From Massalongia carnosa (taxonomy: Eukaryota), in contig OZ287067.1 of assembly GCA_965645245.1 (NCBI GenBank), forward strand, positions 2,728,001-2,792,000: a stretch of DNA of 64,000 nt, in the 5' to 3' direction. Shown piece after piece: positions 20,231 through 32,689 of this stretch. Position 1 is the first letter of the stretch. Every line of letters starts with the position of its first letter. The position numbers and the translations under genes were made by a program. The notes beneath the pieces were generated by a model. The model was not told where the DNA came from and did not search any database. It saw nothing but the letters and a program-made list of their open reading frames with translations.

Positions 20231-21622
20231 CTACGTATACCACGTGGGCTCCGGCACCTCATCCAGCAGCACGAACCGACCCAGCTCCGCCTCCTTGTAC
20301 GCCACCGGATCGTGCAAGCTGTGTGTGCGGATATCCCTCCAGAAACGGTCCAAACCCACCCCCCTGCCCGTCGCCCTCGCCCCAGTCGTCTCGAAGACTC
20401 CTTGGGTGACCCGGAGTCCCGTGTCGGTGGTAACGACTTTGACGCTGGCAACCCACTCTGCTGCTTCCCCGCGCTCTCGCGCGCTAAGGTCCCCCCGGCG
20501 GAAGGGGTAAGTGGCGTAGATATTGGCGAGCACGGCGCCGGCGCGGTCGGCCAGCGCTTCCGCGGCACGGAGGTGAGCGAAGAAGGAGCCGTAGCGAGAG
20601 AGGATGTGAAACTCGTCGACGCCCGAGGAGACGGGTTTGGGAGTATAAGGCCATGGGCGGGTGTTCTTTGCGGTGTAGGCTGTTGCAAAGGAGAGCGCAC
20701 CCAGAGCGATGCCGAGATAGAAGTTGGAGAAGACGAGTTGAATTCTGTTGGAGAAACGATATTGCTAGAACGATTCTCTTTTTCCAAGGGAAAAGGGAAA
20801 AGGAGCAGAGGCTGAAAGCCCGACTTACGTTGGGAGGAGAAGGGTGGCGTAGGGAATTGATAGGATGGAGTCAATGGGGGCTTTGGTTTTCGGGTCCCAG
20901 CCCAAGGCGTCGGTCCAGGGGACGCGGACTTTGTCGATGTTGACGCTGCCGGACTCGGTGAGCCGGAGGCCAACATTGTCCCAGTTGTGGGAGAACTGAA
21001 TTCCCGGCTGCTTGGTGGGGGCGAGGGCGAAAATATGCTTGTCTGTACCCTCGTAGACGCCCTCGAGAACCGTCAAATCAGAAACAACGCCCCCGGTGTT
21101 GAAGTTCTTGAAGCCGCTGAAGACGATGTGATCGCCGTCGTCGACAATCTTCTGGTCGTTGTCGCGCGGGTTCACGGCGCCGCCGACAAAGTAAATGTTC
21201 TCTGTGATAAGCTGCTGCGTCCGGTCTTTTTGCTCATCGGTGCCCACGACGTTGGCGGTCCAGGACCAAAGAAGATGGTAACCAAGAAGCATGCCAAGGG
21301 ATCCATCGCCTTTGGCGACCTCACGGATCACTTTGTAGGCTACTTCCCAGCTTTGCTCGCCGCCACCATACTTAGCTGGGCCAAGGACTCTGGTAAGACC
21401 GGAGGATTTGAGAAGGGCTACTTCTGCCAAGGGGGATTTGTTCGCATGGTCTCGGACTGTGGCATCTTTGGCTAGGATCTCGGCCACTTGGGTCGCACGC
21501 CGAACCCAGTCCTCGGGCTTCGACGGGAGAGGGGAGCTATTGTAAGTTTGGTGGTGAATGTTGTAGACAATGGGGTCTGTAGCTGGATGCTCTGCTGAAC
21601 GGTCTGGAGAGTAGGAACCCAT
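20231..21622 (-). CDS. DszC/MsuC/SfnB-like flavin-dependent monooxygenase (acyl-CoA dehydrogenase fold), one intron
   Basis: GMLLGYH, GAVNPR, KNFNTG, WDNVGLRLTESG, LDRFWRDIRTHSLHDPVAYK; intron with donor at 20828 joins LLLPT|IQLVFSNFYLG. Confidence 0.9.
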
Positions 21623-21736
21623 AGTGACTTGATCGAATCTGAGGTTTTCCCGACGGGCGTTAATTGACGATGATTGTCCAGACTCCTCGTCCTTTTGGAG
21701 GGATCGCTAAGGCTGGAGGTACAAGCTCCACTCCAT

Positions 21737-21746
21737 ATGGCATCAT
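21737..21746. promoter_or_regulatory. CYS3/MetR-type sulfur-regulon bZIP site
   Basis: ATGGCATCAT matches ATGRYRYCAT, 115 bp upstream of the DszC-like ATG; a 1-mismatch copy lies at 21936..21945. Confidence 0.5.
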
Positions 21747-22130
21747 AGCACTAAGTACCACCTCATATCTTAGCAAACTATTTCAAGCCTAGACCGGTAA
21801 TCTGGACTGCTTATCCCTTATCCATGGATGATCAGAAGTAGCCTCGTGTCAGTACGTCTGTGGGAATTCAGTCCTGCCTACCACCACATGAACTTATGCG
21901 CCTCGATGGGATGCATACCGTAGCGTCATGCATAAATGATGCCAATCGCTGGCCCTGCAGCCTTCACATCCAGGCGGTTCATGAGCCTGCATGAGAAGGG
22001 GTTGACCAGGTTACAATAAAGTTGATGCACTTATAAGGATTTGATCTAGACTAATTTCACGCCAGTTTTCTATTCCGTGAGTGATCGAGGCTGCAACAAC
22101 CGCTGTAAATCCTGTCCCGCCGAGCACACA

Positions 22131-23119
22131 TCATTCAGTCCGTGATTTCTTAAGTTGAAAGAAATGGCTAGTGTCCCCCATGGGGAAAGAAAACGACATC
22201 GACTGCTGGCACATCAGGTTGCCTACAGTGTAGTAGCCAAGCAATCCTGACAGAAATGCAAACACGCCGCCAGTCTTCTTCAACGCTATTGAGGTATCCA
22301 GATGACCATCAGCTGCGGAGAAGTACGACGCTGCTACCAACGTGAATGCCATTTGCACAGTAAAAAATATTCCAATGTAGACCAAATTGCTGCGTCTAAG
22401 TCAGCACGGTAAAAACCTTAATTTCCGGGGTGGCTTACAGTGGAAGAGAACCGATTAGGAAGAAGAAGTTCCATACGGCCCACACTATCGAGAATCAGCA
22501 GTGAAGCATAACAGCAACTCTCGATTGACATACTAAGAACGAAGTAACCCAAAGCGTTGTTATATTCCGCAGTATCGGTGCCGTACGAAGCCGCCACTCC
22601 AAAAAGAGGGGTGATGATAGCTCCAAACCCACCGTAAAAGAAGCCAAAAGCTGACAGAACGGTGTACGCGTACGTGTTTCCCAGAACAAGTTCCCATTGT
22701 GCTGAAATCACCATGCCAATTCCTAAAGGGCGTTAGATAGCGAGTGTGAATTTGCCAACTGTTAAAGCCCCACCTGCGACGAAGAAGAAGTTGCCAATAT
22801 ACACGTTTGTCGTTGTTACTCCTCGCCATTCCATCAACGAAAGCGCAAGCGTCGTTAATGTTGTTGCAAAGGCTCCAATTGCCAACGCTGTCTATCCTAC
22901 AATTTAGTCCCGTTCCATTATGAAGCCTCGTCGATGGGAACATACCGGACTGCCCAATTGTGCTTTCAAAGTCACCGGCACTGGCACCAGATGCGTTGTT
23001 CCGCTCTGTGATGACGACGTGCTCATTTCACCAGCAATCAACGTCTCGTATTTGCCTTCACGTTGGGGGATCTTGTTGGCAATATCCTCTAGCTGGTGTA
23101 TTCGGTTTTCGTGCGCCAT
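22131..23119 (-). CDS. GPR1/FUN34/YaaH (SatP/Ady2) family small-anion channel, multi-exon
   Basis: LGSP|TALAIGAFATTLTTL; AQWELVLGNTYAYTVLSAFGFFY; GGVFAFLSGLLGYY. Confidence 0.88.
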
Positions 23120-23842
23120 GGTCGAGTTCGCTCAGAAGAGAACCTCTTTGGAAAAGCGAGAAAGAGCGGGATGGTTTTGATATGACAGTTTAGCTACCTT
23201 CGAAGAACCGAAAGGCCACTGGGCGTTCCGGTGGCATGTTGATAGAGATTAAGGGATCATGCTGTCGATCGAGGAGACAATCTAGGTTTCTGTGAAGGCG
23301 AGAAGCTTGCTAGAGGTTGCTAAGAACCGCCATGAGCGTTGCATGATCACGTCTTCACGGGCTAGTAAGACACCATTATGTTCTTGAAAAGCATGACACA
23401 GATGTATTGGGGGGTGGTGAGGGTGAGTTGTGGTTGAGATACGGTGGTGATGCCCGATGGTGGAAAGATCCCCTCCACGTGAAATGGCGGATGCGGACCG
23501 GTGCACACAAGCCTCGTTCCCAGCAGCTTTAGCCGAATCACGCAATGCACCCCCCTTGCAGCAACTCGGCAACTCACCAGGACCATCCCAGTTATCACCA
23601 GCTTGTTACCTGCTAGCCACAAACTCCAGAGTGCCACCGACTCTCATCAAACGGGGAGAAAAGCCTAGGTCGCTCCTGGCTTGGCCCACCCACAGTCCGT
23701 CATTCGGAGCAAGTCGTGATTTGCTAGATAGTGGTAGCAGTAAATGGCATGATTCATATAACCAGGAGTAATTCAGCGTAGATAGCAGAGAATTCGTAAC
23801 AGTGACTGTTGGCTGTGCCTCGTTCATATTGTAGCTTGCACC

Positions 23843-26800
23843 ATGTCTCCTGCAATCTCGGAGACTCCCTCCGTGACGATACAGCCAGAAAAGAAAATTG
23901 AAGTCGACGCGGATCATGGAATCAAGCAAACAGCCAAATGGAATGGAACTGAAACCCCTGACAAAACCACAAAACCAGTGGATGGAATCACCAAAACCCC
24001 TGACAAAATCACAAAATCAGTGGATGGGATCACCAACGGCCATGTCTCAGACACGAATGGCCTGGAATCGGCGAGCCTGAAGTACAAGGGCGAGCAATCA
24101 ACAGAGGAGCAACAGATGGGCACTAGAACGGTTGGAGAGGAAACAAAATCGAACATAAAAAGCCTCGAGAATGGCGTCAATGGCGTAACGGGACATGACC
24201 AAGTCAGCGATGACCAGTTTCAGCGGCTTCCAAAACCACAACAAGACATACTGCTGCTCCATGGCCCTGGCCAGCGTTATCGTCTGGAGAAAGCGCACGA
24301 TATTCCGGAGCTGAAATCTATACATGAAATCCTGGTTCAAGTACATGAGGAATACTCTCAGCAGACCGCTTTTTTGCTGATATCCGTAGGTGGTCGCCAT
24401 TGGCTTGAACCCCGTCGACTGGAAAGGCCCGTAGGTATAATTTCAGTCTTCATGTCAGGACCTATCTAACGGGATATATAGCGATTACAACTTCGGTCTT
24501 CCTTCGTTTCCATGGATTAATGGAAGAGATTTCGCGGGAATAGTGGTCAAAGGCCCTCAAGCGGCCTCAAGAATCAAGGCTGGCGATGTGGTAAAGTCAC
24601 AAGCAGGAGAGAGTGTGTTGAATGCGAGCTGACGAGAATCGATAGGTATTTGGCCCCTCCACAGATTATCGCGACGCCCGCAAAGCGGCGTACCAGGAAT
24701 ATGTCGTGACAAACAATTTTAACGTCGCAAGAGTGCCAAAGAATCTTTCCGTCCAAACAGGAGCTGCTATAGGTGTAGCATTCGTCAGCGCCATCTTATC
24801 GCTAGGCGTTTCTTTAGGCGTCGACTTCGTCCAGGTTATCAAAGCCCCAATGGGCCCCAACTTGAAAGAAATTCTTGAGCGAATCGGCCGCGAAGCAATC
24901 CCAGAAGATGTCCGAACCGAGTGTTTTGATAGCATAGGAGCTGCGGAGAGACCTAAGCACGGAGATTGGATTGCAGTCTGGGGAGGTGAGTTTTCTAATC
25001 ATCCATGCAAAGTCGGGCGCTGATCGTTAAGCATCTTCAAATACTGGTTTAATGGCCATTCAACTCGCTAAACTTGCTGGTCTGCGCGTTATTTGTGTAG
25101 CAGATCTTGTTCGGCACGGAGCACGGTTGAATCAATTGGGGGCCGATGTCCTCGTTGATAGGCAGGATAGTAGCCGTGCTGTTGAGATCATCCGAAGCGT
25201 GACCAAAGGAGAGTTGCGGTTCGCATTCGACGCAGTAGGAAAGGAGACTGCTGGCTATCTGCAGGAAAGTCTTATCCAGCAAGAAGGTGCTACGCAGGCG
25301 CACCTAGTAGGTTTAACAGGACTCCCCAAAGAGGCCGCGCTGGGCGTGAAACATCATAGCGTTCCCATCAAGGTTTTCCATTCCACTCCAGTAATCGGAG
25401 AACCCATCATGACCTGGCTGGAGCAACTTCTGGCCGCCAATGCGCTGGCGCCTCCAGATGTGGATATCGCACAAGGGGGGCTTGAAGGAATCAATGACGC
25501 ATTGGATCAACTGAGAGGGGGCAATGTATCAGGAAAACGCATTGTGGTGCCGCTCGGAACTAGGCAAACGCCACGACAGAATGAAAATGATTCAGCTGAT
25601 AACACTAAAGATACGATAAAAGTTGGTAGTATTGAATACGCAGAAAAGCTCAATGAGGATCCTTCAAGGATTAAGTTCGCGTAAGCAGTCAAGACAACTC
25701 ACTTCAATAGCACTGGCTCATGATTACCAACAGTTACTGGGTGCCCAATGTTTCTGGAGGGTTGGTCATCTCAAGAATCGCCCAGAGAACCAAATGGGAT
25801 CTTGATTCCAACATCAAGTACGCCCGCACTGCTGAACAAGTCGGCTTCGAGTATGCCCTCTCACAGATTCGTTTTATGGCTGGTTATGGCGCAGTACGTC
25901 TCTCCAAACTCCAAACGAAGCTGATGCTGACGGTTCATTAGGATAACCAGCATGAATCTGTTTCTTTCTCTCAAGCGCTACTGCACTTTACAGAAAAGCT
26001 CATCGTAATAGCAGCACTTTTACCTGGTCCGTGGAATCCCGCCGTTGCTGCGAAGCAGATAGCGAGTATCGATAACTATACAAATGGCCGTATTGCCGTG
26101 AATATCGTTTCAGGCTGGTTCAAGGTACGCTCATACGGATAGCCCTCACTAAACCCAAATTTGATGAAAGCGATTTAGTTAGAATTCACTTCTATCGGCC
26201 AGTGGTGGTTGGATCACGCAGAGAGATATCGTCGAAGCAAAGAATTCATTTCCTGCTTGAAAGGCATCTGGACCCAGGACCAATTTAACTTCAAAGGCGA
26301 CTTCTACCAATTTCACGATTATCCGCTTAAACCAAAGCCAGTCGTGAAGCCAGGTCGTCCTCATCCAGAAATCTTCCAGGGCGGGAACTCTATCGATGCT
26401 CGAGAGAACGCAGCTACTGTATCCGACTACTATTTCATGAACGGTAACACACTAGAAGGCTTCCAGACACAGATTGCCGACGTGAAGCAGCGAGCAGAGA
26501 GAGAAGGCCGGCTGGATCAAGTCAAGTTCGCATTGAATGGCTTTGTCATTGCCCGCAAGACCGAGGAAGAGGCCATTCGAGTCTTGCAAGAAATCCAAGG
26601 AAAGGCCAACAAAGAAGCCGTGGAAGCTTTTGGCGAAGCAGTCCAAAACGCTGGCGCTAGCACCGCGAACAAGACCGGCATGTGGGCCAACTCGAAATTC
26701 GAGGACCTCGTTCAGTATAATGATGGGTTCAAGACCAAATTGATCGGAACGCCAGAGCAAATCGCTGATCGGATTTTGCTTCTCAAGTCACTTGGTGTCA

Positions 26801-26964
26801 GCATCTTACTGACCGCATTCCTGCATTACGATGAAGAGATTCAGCAGTTTGGGGAACAGGTTCTGCCGCTGGTAAGACAACTCGAAGCAGAAGGGCGGGG
26901 AAAGGATGTGGAGTATGAGATCAGCCTGACTGGAGACGTGTATCGTGAAAGGAAGAAAGAATAA
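23843..26964 (+). CDS. sfnG: Fusion of an MDR-superfamily (enoyl-reductase-like) oxidoreductase and an SfnG-like luciferase-family monooxygenase
   Basis: MDR motifs VVAIGLNPVDWK, GRDFAG, WIAVWG, AIQLAKLAG; intron 25681..25733 gives IKFA|YWVPNVSGGLVIS...QIRFMAGYGA..QHES, LPGPWNPAVAAKQ, QYNDGFKTKLIGT. Confidence 0.87.
23952..24035 (+). repeat. 42-bp in-frame tandem duplication in the N-terminal extension
   Basis: TPDKTTKPVDGITK / TPDKITKSVDGITN. Confidence 0.8.
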
Positions 26965-29703
26965 TCACGATGGGATGTCTGATAAATTGCTCCTCTTTTC
27001 TGTATTCTGTAGAGTGATGAAGGTAGTGCAGATAGCCTCATCTTCGAGCTAAACGCAGCATTGATGTTGTTAAGGTACATATCATGCTAATAACGGACGG
27101 AACCCTAGTAGGCACGTGGTAGGTAACGTTAGTGCGATATTTAATTCTACGCTAAGGAAGCCGACTTGAAATATATTACGTCAGATCAGTGACGAGTTCT
27201 GCCAACGAACTTCATCCTCGTTCTTGTTCATGCATCGTTTTTCTTCAACTATTCAAACATTGGAGAGTTACAGGCCACTGATAATGTGCACGTCGCTTAC
27301 AGCGCCGGCCACTAATGACAGCCTCCAGCTTCCCTCTACAAGTCTCACAGTTGAACTCGATGCACGATAAATGCCAACTCGTAGATAGCTCAGTATGCAG
27401 AAAGCTTCGGTTCGGTGTATAGATGAAACTATTGTCATAGAATAATCTGTTGACAGGGCCCAAAGCGTCTCTCTGGAATCCAGTCTAGTCAGAGCATGGC
27501 TGCATTAAGTCCTGTCCTGGATGCAACCCGTCGGATTAGCAAAAAGGGCTTGACCCCCAAAGTCCCGAGTATCCATCTCAGGAAAGTCACATATCTGCAT
27601 CTTGAATCTGCAATCTACGATTCAAGCCGTCATTGCACTTAGCCGACGCACACCAAACACTTTCTTAGACGGCTCCATCCATGCAAGGAACCAACTAAAC
27701 GATAACCGTCTACCAAACATGGTCATCTACCCTAGTCGCCTAGAGCTAGGCATCCGAACGAGACATGCGTTCGAAGTTATCCTTCTCGTTGGTGATTTGG
27801 CAACACCCGCTCAAAGTGTATGCGGGAAATCTTTGTTCCTGGTGAGTGGTGCCAAATCGCCATCGAGAGGAATAGCTTGGTGCTTTCCATGACCTCAACA
27901 CAGCCTGCGTTTCCCAAGATTGTACTTTTCGCGATGATGCTATTCTGCGGTTACAGTGTAACGCCACTACCCTCGACGAACGCAATCACACTGCTTTTAA
28001 GACACTAGACATGGTTTGTCTTGTGGACTCATAAGATGTGAAGGACTTCGATGTGGCAAGTTCGGCATGATTGATAAGATCGAAATATGTGAGTTATTGA
28101 AAAGGCAACTTGGCTGCATATTGGACCGGATTTCACTGGGCTGGACTACAATGAATACCTAGGTTTGTGAAAAGCCTCTTCCACAGAACAAGGATTTTGA
28201 AGATCGTGATCGCCCACGAAGCCAGGTTTGGGGATTCCACTACGTCAAGGAGGCGCAATCTAGACCAGTGTCGAACCTTCTCATTCTAACGGGGGCACCT
28301 GCTATCTAGTGAGATATATTGGCCCCCCTGTAAAAAGGTAGAGAAAAATCGCATTAACGAGACCGACGTTTGCCGCCATTTCCTAGTCTCACGGTATGTC
28401 TCTAAAAATAGGGGTTCGTTCATGGCATTGGTAGGTACCTGGATTCTGGTGCGTGCGTGCCGCTTCATGAGATTTTTCATTGGATTGAGCTTATTTGGAC
28501 ATTTACGAGTCAAAACCTCTACATCCGTAGTCGGCTCTTATTTCCTCTTCTTGCTGCCAATCTCTTATATGAGAAAGAAGTTATCCATGGATTTTTACTT
28601 CCGTATCTATCCTACTTCTAAATCACATTTCCAATCCACGTTTTATTTTCAGTGTTTCATTTTTCGTTTTCATTTTGGGTAAGGTCAAAGTTTAAGTTTG
28701 CCGTAGATACAAAGCACGCCATTCAGGAAAACATTGTCACATCCAATTGTAACTTACCATGCCGGGCTAATATCTCATACGCAGCAGAGTTTATGAGCGA
28801 TCGGTGCAGTTTGCCTTAGCTTGCGTCAGCTCGTCAATCTGGCTACTGTGTCCAAGCTTCGAGGCCGATCTTGGTTGACCACTGCGTCTATGGGTGTGGA
28901 ACATCAACAATGGCTGTTTATTGCGATTCAATCTGGCAATTGCCTGACATCACACACATCTGCTAAGATCCAAAAATGACATTATTCGACACAATGTCGC
29001 CATTCTTGATCTCCTGAAGCGCCATGATACCTAACTAGGGCAATGAGCCACTTGCCTTCCTCGTTTGGACGAATTCTTGACAAGCATGACTACACGGATA
29101 TCATAAGTCCATCCACCAATCCGAGCCTTCATATATAGGTCGCTACTGAGATATCTTTACAGCGATACAGTCTGAGGGTGCTACGATGGAGCGAACACTT
29201 GCGTCTCATACCGCTGAAATACTAACCAGGTTTTTCAAGTAGGGGGCCGCATAATGAAGTGCCATTCCATCATGATTTCTTACTATCTAGGGTTTTTTGT
29301 TCCCGTTCCTAGTATCATGATTACCCCCCTTACGCCCACTCACCAAGGATGGTAATTTGGGGCGAGTACGTCACACGGCCTTGTGCATAATGGGGGTTCT
29401 CGGACTTGTTTTGTAACCGATATGTCAGAAGGGCAGAGACAAGTAGCTAGCTGGTGGCGGCGTGATCTGGATCCAAATTAGGGCATGTTATGATGAAATC
29501 GGAGGAGAAGTCTCCATTTGCCCAGATACCGTCAGAATCTTAGTTACTGTATCTTGAGCCTAAACTTACAATATATCGGTTAAAACGTCCCTGCTCGTCT
29601 GAGGTATATTAACCCAAGGTGTTGCCGGAAGATTCACCCTTTATCTAACTTCATCGTTCATCGTCTCCTATTCAGAATCCTTCCCTTCACAGTCGTCACC
29701 AAA

Positions 29704-31458
29704 ATGAAGTTTGCGTCTATTATACTTGGCCTTGCTTTGCAAAGTCCGGCTTTTGCTCTTTGCCCCATGGGGAAAAGAGCTCTTGAGGACCCCAAAGCCT
29801 TAAAGTCTCTGTTCGTCAAGAAGGACACCATCCCAGAGAAAAGGCAGAGTGGACCAGGTGGTATTCCCTTCACCACTTTTAGCGAGGCTCAGCATATCGA
29901 CGTCTCCGGAGAGCACAAATGGGTTGCTCCTGGCCCTGATGACATTCGCGGGCCTTGCCCTGGACTTAATGTGCTTGCCAATCATGGGTACTTCCCTCAC
30001 AGTGGCGTAGTTCCCCTTACGACAGCTACCACTGCAACCAACGAAGTCTTCGGTCAGCTTGTTAATACCCTGGATCTGTCATGATTTCGGCTAATCCAGT
30101 TGCGTTTAGGCCTTGCTCTCAACTTTGGTATACCACTCACCGTTTATGCTACGTTAGTTGATGGAGATGTCGTGTAGGTTGACGAGTCCTTCCCCTGTTC
30201 ATCAAACGTTGCCGACGCCAAAATAGTGGTGACACTTGGAGTATTGGGGGCAAGCCGAAACAGACGGTGACATCATCGCTCCTGGGAGCAGGGGATGGTT
30301 TATCTGGGAGTCACAATAAGTATGAAAGCGATTCTAGCGTTTCTCGTGGTGGTAAGGAAAAACCACTCCCTTATTGGGTTATGAACGTTGCAAGCACTGA
30401 CGGAAATCGCAGATTATTACCTCGAGAATGGAGACGTTTCGGTATGCCACTCTCCTACAGATCCCTTGTTGGTGCTATCCAAGGCTGACTACGTGACAAT
30501 GATAGAGCGTGAAGGTGGCCAAGTTCAAGGCCCTCTACGATCTGGCCAAAGATGATCCGGTACCAAACTATAATCTTGATGTTCTGTAAGTTGTCTCTTC
30601 AAGGTTATACTTGCCTGGAAAACGGGTTTCTTACCATTGTTCAGAATCCGACATCGAAAAACCACCTTTGATTTGTCCAAGAGCACAAATCCGTACTTCT
30701 TCTTTGCTCCGTTCGCCGGACTTGCCGTCGCCAACGCGGCTCACACCTTTATCCGTACGTATCCCCTCCATCCCATTACCTCAACTGCGAATCTCTTAAC
30801 ACCTCTTGCAGCTGCATTAATGTCCAATCACTCCGCCGAATACCCAAACGGCATACTGGATAAAGAAACCCTGAAGTCGTTCTTCGCCATCACCGAGCAC
30901 ACCGACGGCTCGCTTACATGGACGCCCGGCTATGAGCGCATCCCAGATAACTGGTACCGCCGGCCACTCGGAGAAGCCAATGGGTACGCCCCAGCCTCGT
31001 TCGCCCAGGACTTGGTCAAAATGGCTCTTGTGGTCCCCGAAGCCGTCTCCGTGGGCGGCAACACCGGAACCGTCAACTCGTTTACGGGTGTCGATCTGGG
31101 CGACATCACGGGAGGCGCATACCACACGGCGGATCTGCTGAATCCGACCAAGTTCGTATGTTTCTTCTATCAGCTGACGTTAGCGGCCGTGCCGGACTTT
31201 TTACGCAGCCGGGTGTTGGGCACGCTGCTGGCGGGGGCGTTGAGCTTGCTGCATGACAAAATCGATCCGTTCGTGGACCCTTCTTGCGCGAAGATTGGTA
31301 AGTTTTCGATCTCTGTTCTCGCTCTTTCCTCTGGCGCACAACATATCTCCGGTAAAACGAAGGGAAGCTATACTTAGGTGCTGACGTAAGCAGGCAACTA
31401 CAACGATGCCTTCCTGGCGCAATTTCCCGGTGCAGCTGTCAACGCACCTCCTCCGTGA
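29704..31458 (+). CDS. Secreted heme-thiolate peroxidase / unspecific peroxygenase, multi-exon
   Basis: Signal peptide; RGPCPGLNVLANHG (PCP heme ligand); SHNKYESDSSVSRG; GYERIPDNWYRR. Confidence 0.9.
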
Positions 31459-32689
31459 AATCGGAAAGGTGCTGTAAGAGCGATAAGTCATTACCCACAG
31501 TAAAACTTTCCGCAACAGTTCATGCCCGCACAGCCCTCACGGTTTCTTTCAATTTCTTCGCACCGCATACCAAGAGCCATTTTGAGAATTGCATATAGAG
31601 GGGAGGATATCTATCACGTTCATTTCATGACGCGTTCCTGATTTCTTTTTTTTCTTCACTTATTTCGGTTTGGACCAACCGCTCCGTGAGAGGAGAGAGC
31701 ACGTCTTGGGGGTTGGGACTGGGTAAAGGGGAGGAGGGGTAAAATTAGCTTTACCGCGAAACTCGCAATGTGGTTCTAAATAGTACGCTACATACCTGGA
31801 TTTTCCTCCTCGCCGTTCGTGTGCATGAAGTTGTTCCCGTCGTATGCTAGAGCGTATAACTGCATATCCCCCCGGTACATTCATTCATTCATCTAATCCC
31901 CACAATCAATCGACCACTCAACAGCACCATCAACACCCTGTCTTTTTCTTCTACCTATCTATCTACACAAGTCCCCGGAATCGGAGAAAGCCAGCTAGCT
32001 AGCTTGGCCGGAAACAAACAAATAATATTAAATATTTATGTGATTCATCATGTCGGTAAACGTTCCTTGAACGAGAACGGGGTCAGTTAACTATCTACCT
32101 ACCTGTTTATCTACTTATAGAGAGAGTGTGTGTGTATTTATGTATGTACATATATAGATCGGTATTTCGGCGGTGGGGGGGAGGAATTGTTCGTTTTTCG
32201 TTTCGTTGCTATCTTGTATCTAGAAATGAGATGATGAGAGGGACACAGGGGGAAATTCAGTATGCGATGAGAGGGTGAAAAGGGATGGGGACACAGGGGT
32301 TGGTGGTCCCTCCTATATGCTAGGATAGAGGATGGGGTAAATAAGGAGTAGCCGCCAAGAGATAGTCAGATTGGGGAAAGAACCGATGCTGCTATGTAAG
32401 CTTTGGTGTAGGCAGGAAGGATGAGTTCCTAGCGGAAAAGTCTCCGCCTGCAGCTTCGAGTCACTTAACGTGCAGTGCTGGATTGATGGATTCTGGTGGT
32501 TCACTTGATGTTCGGTTGTATTTCATGTTAATTGAGGGAATATGCTCAGCTGCGAGATTCACTATTTCCATGATGTTGGGGGTTTCATTCTGTTCGGCGT
32601 GGAAATCGTGTACTTTCTCGTGAGAGTATTCTAGTGTATTCACGCGCCACTCGATTACCATTCCAGGAGGCTTTCCAAGTACAGGCTTC

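Noticed and set aside
27245..28700. Short ORFs between the SfnG fusion and the peroxygenase
   Set aside because: No motifs or coherent splice model
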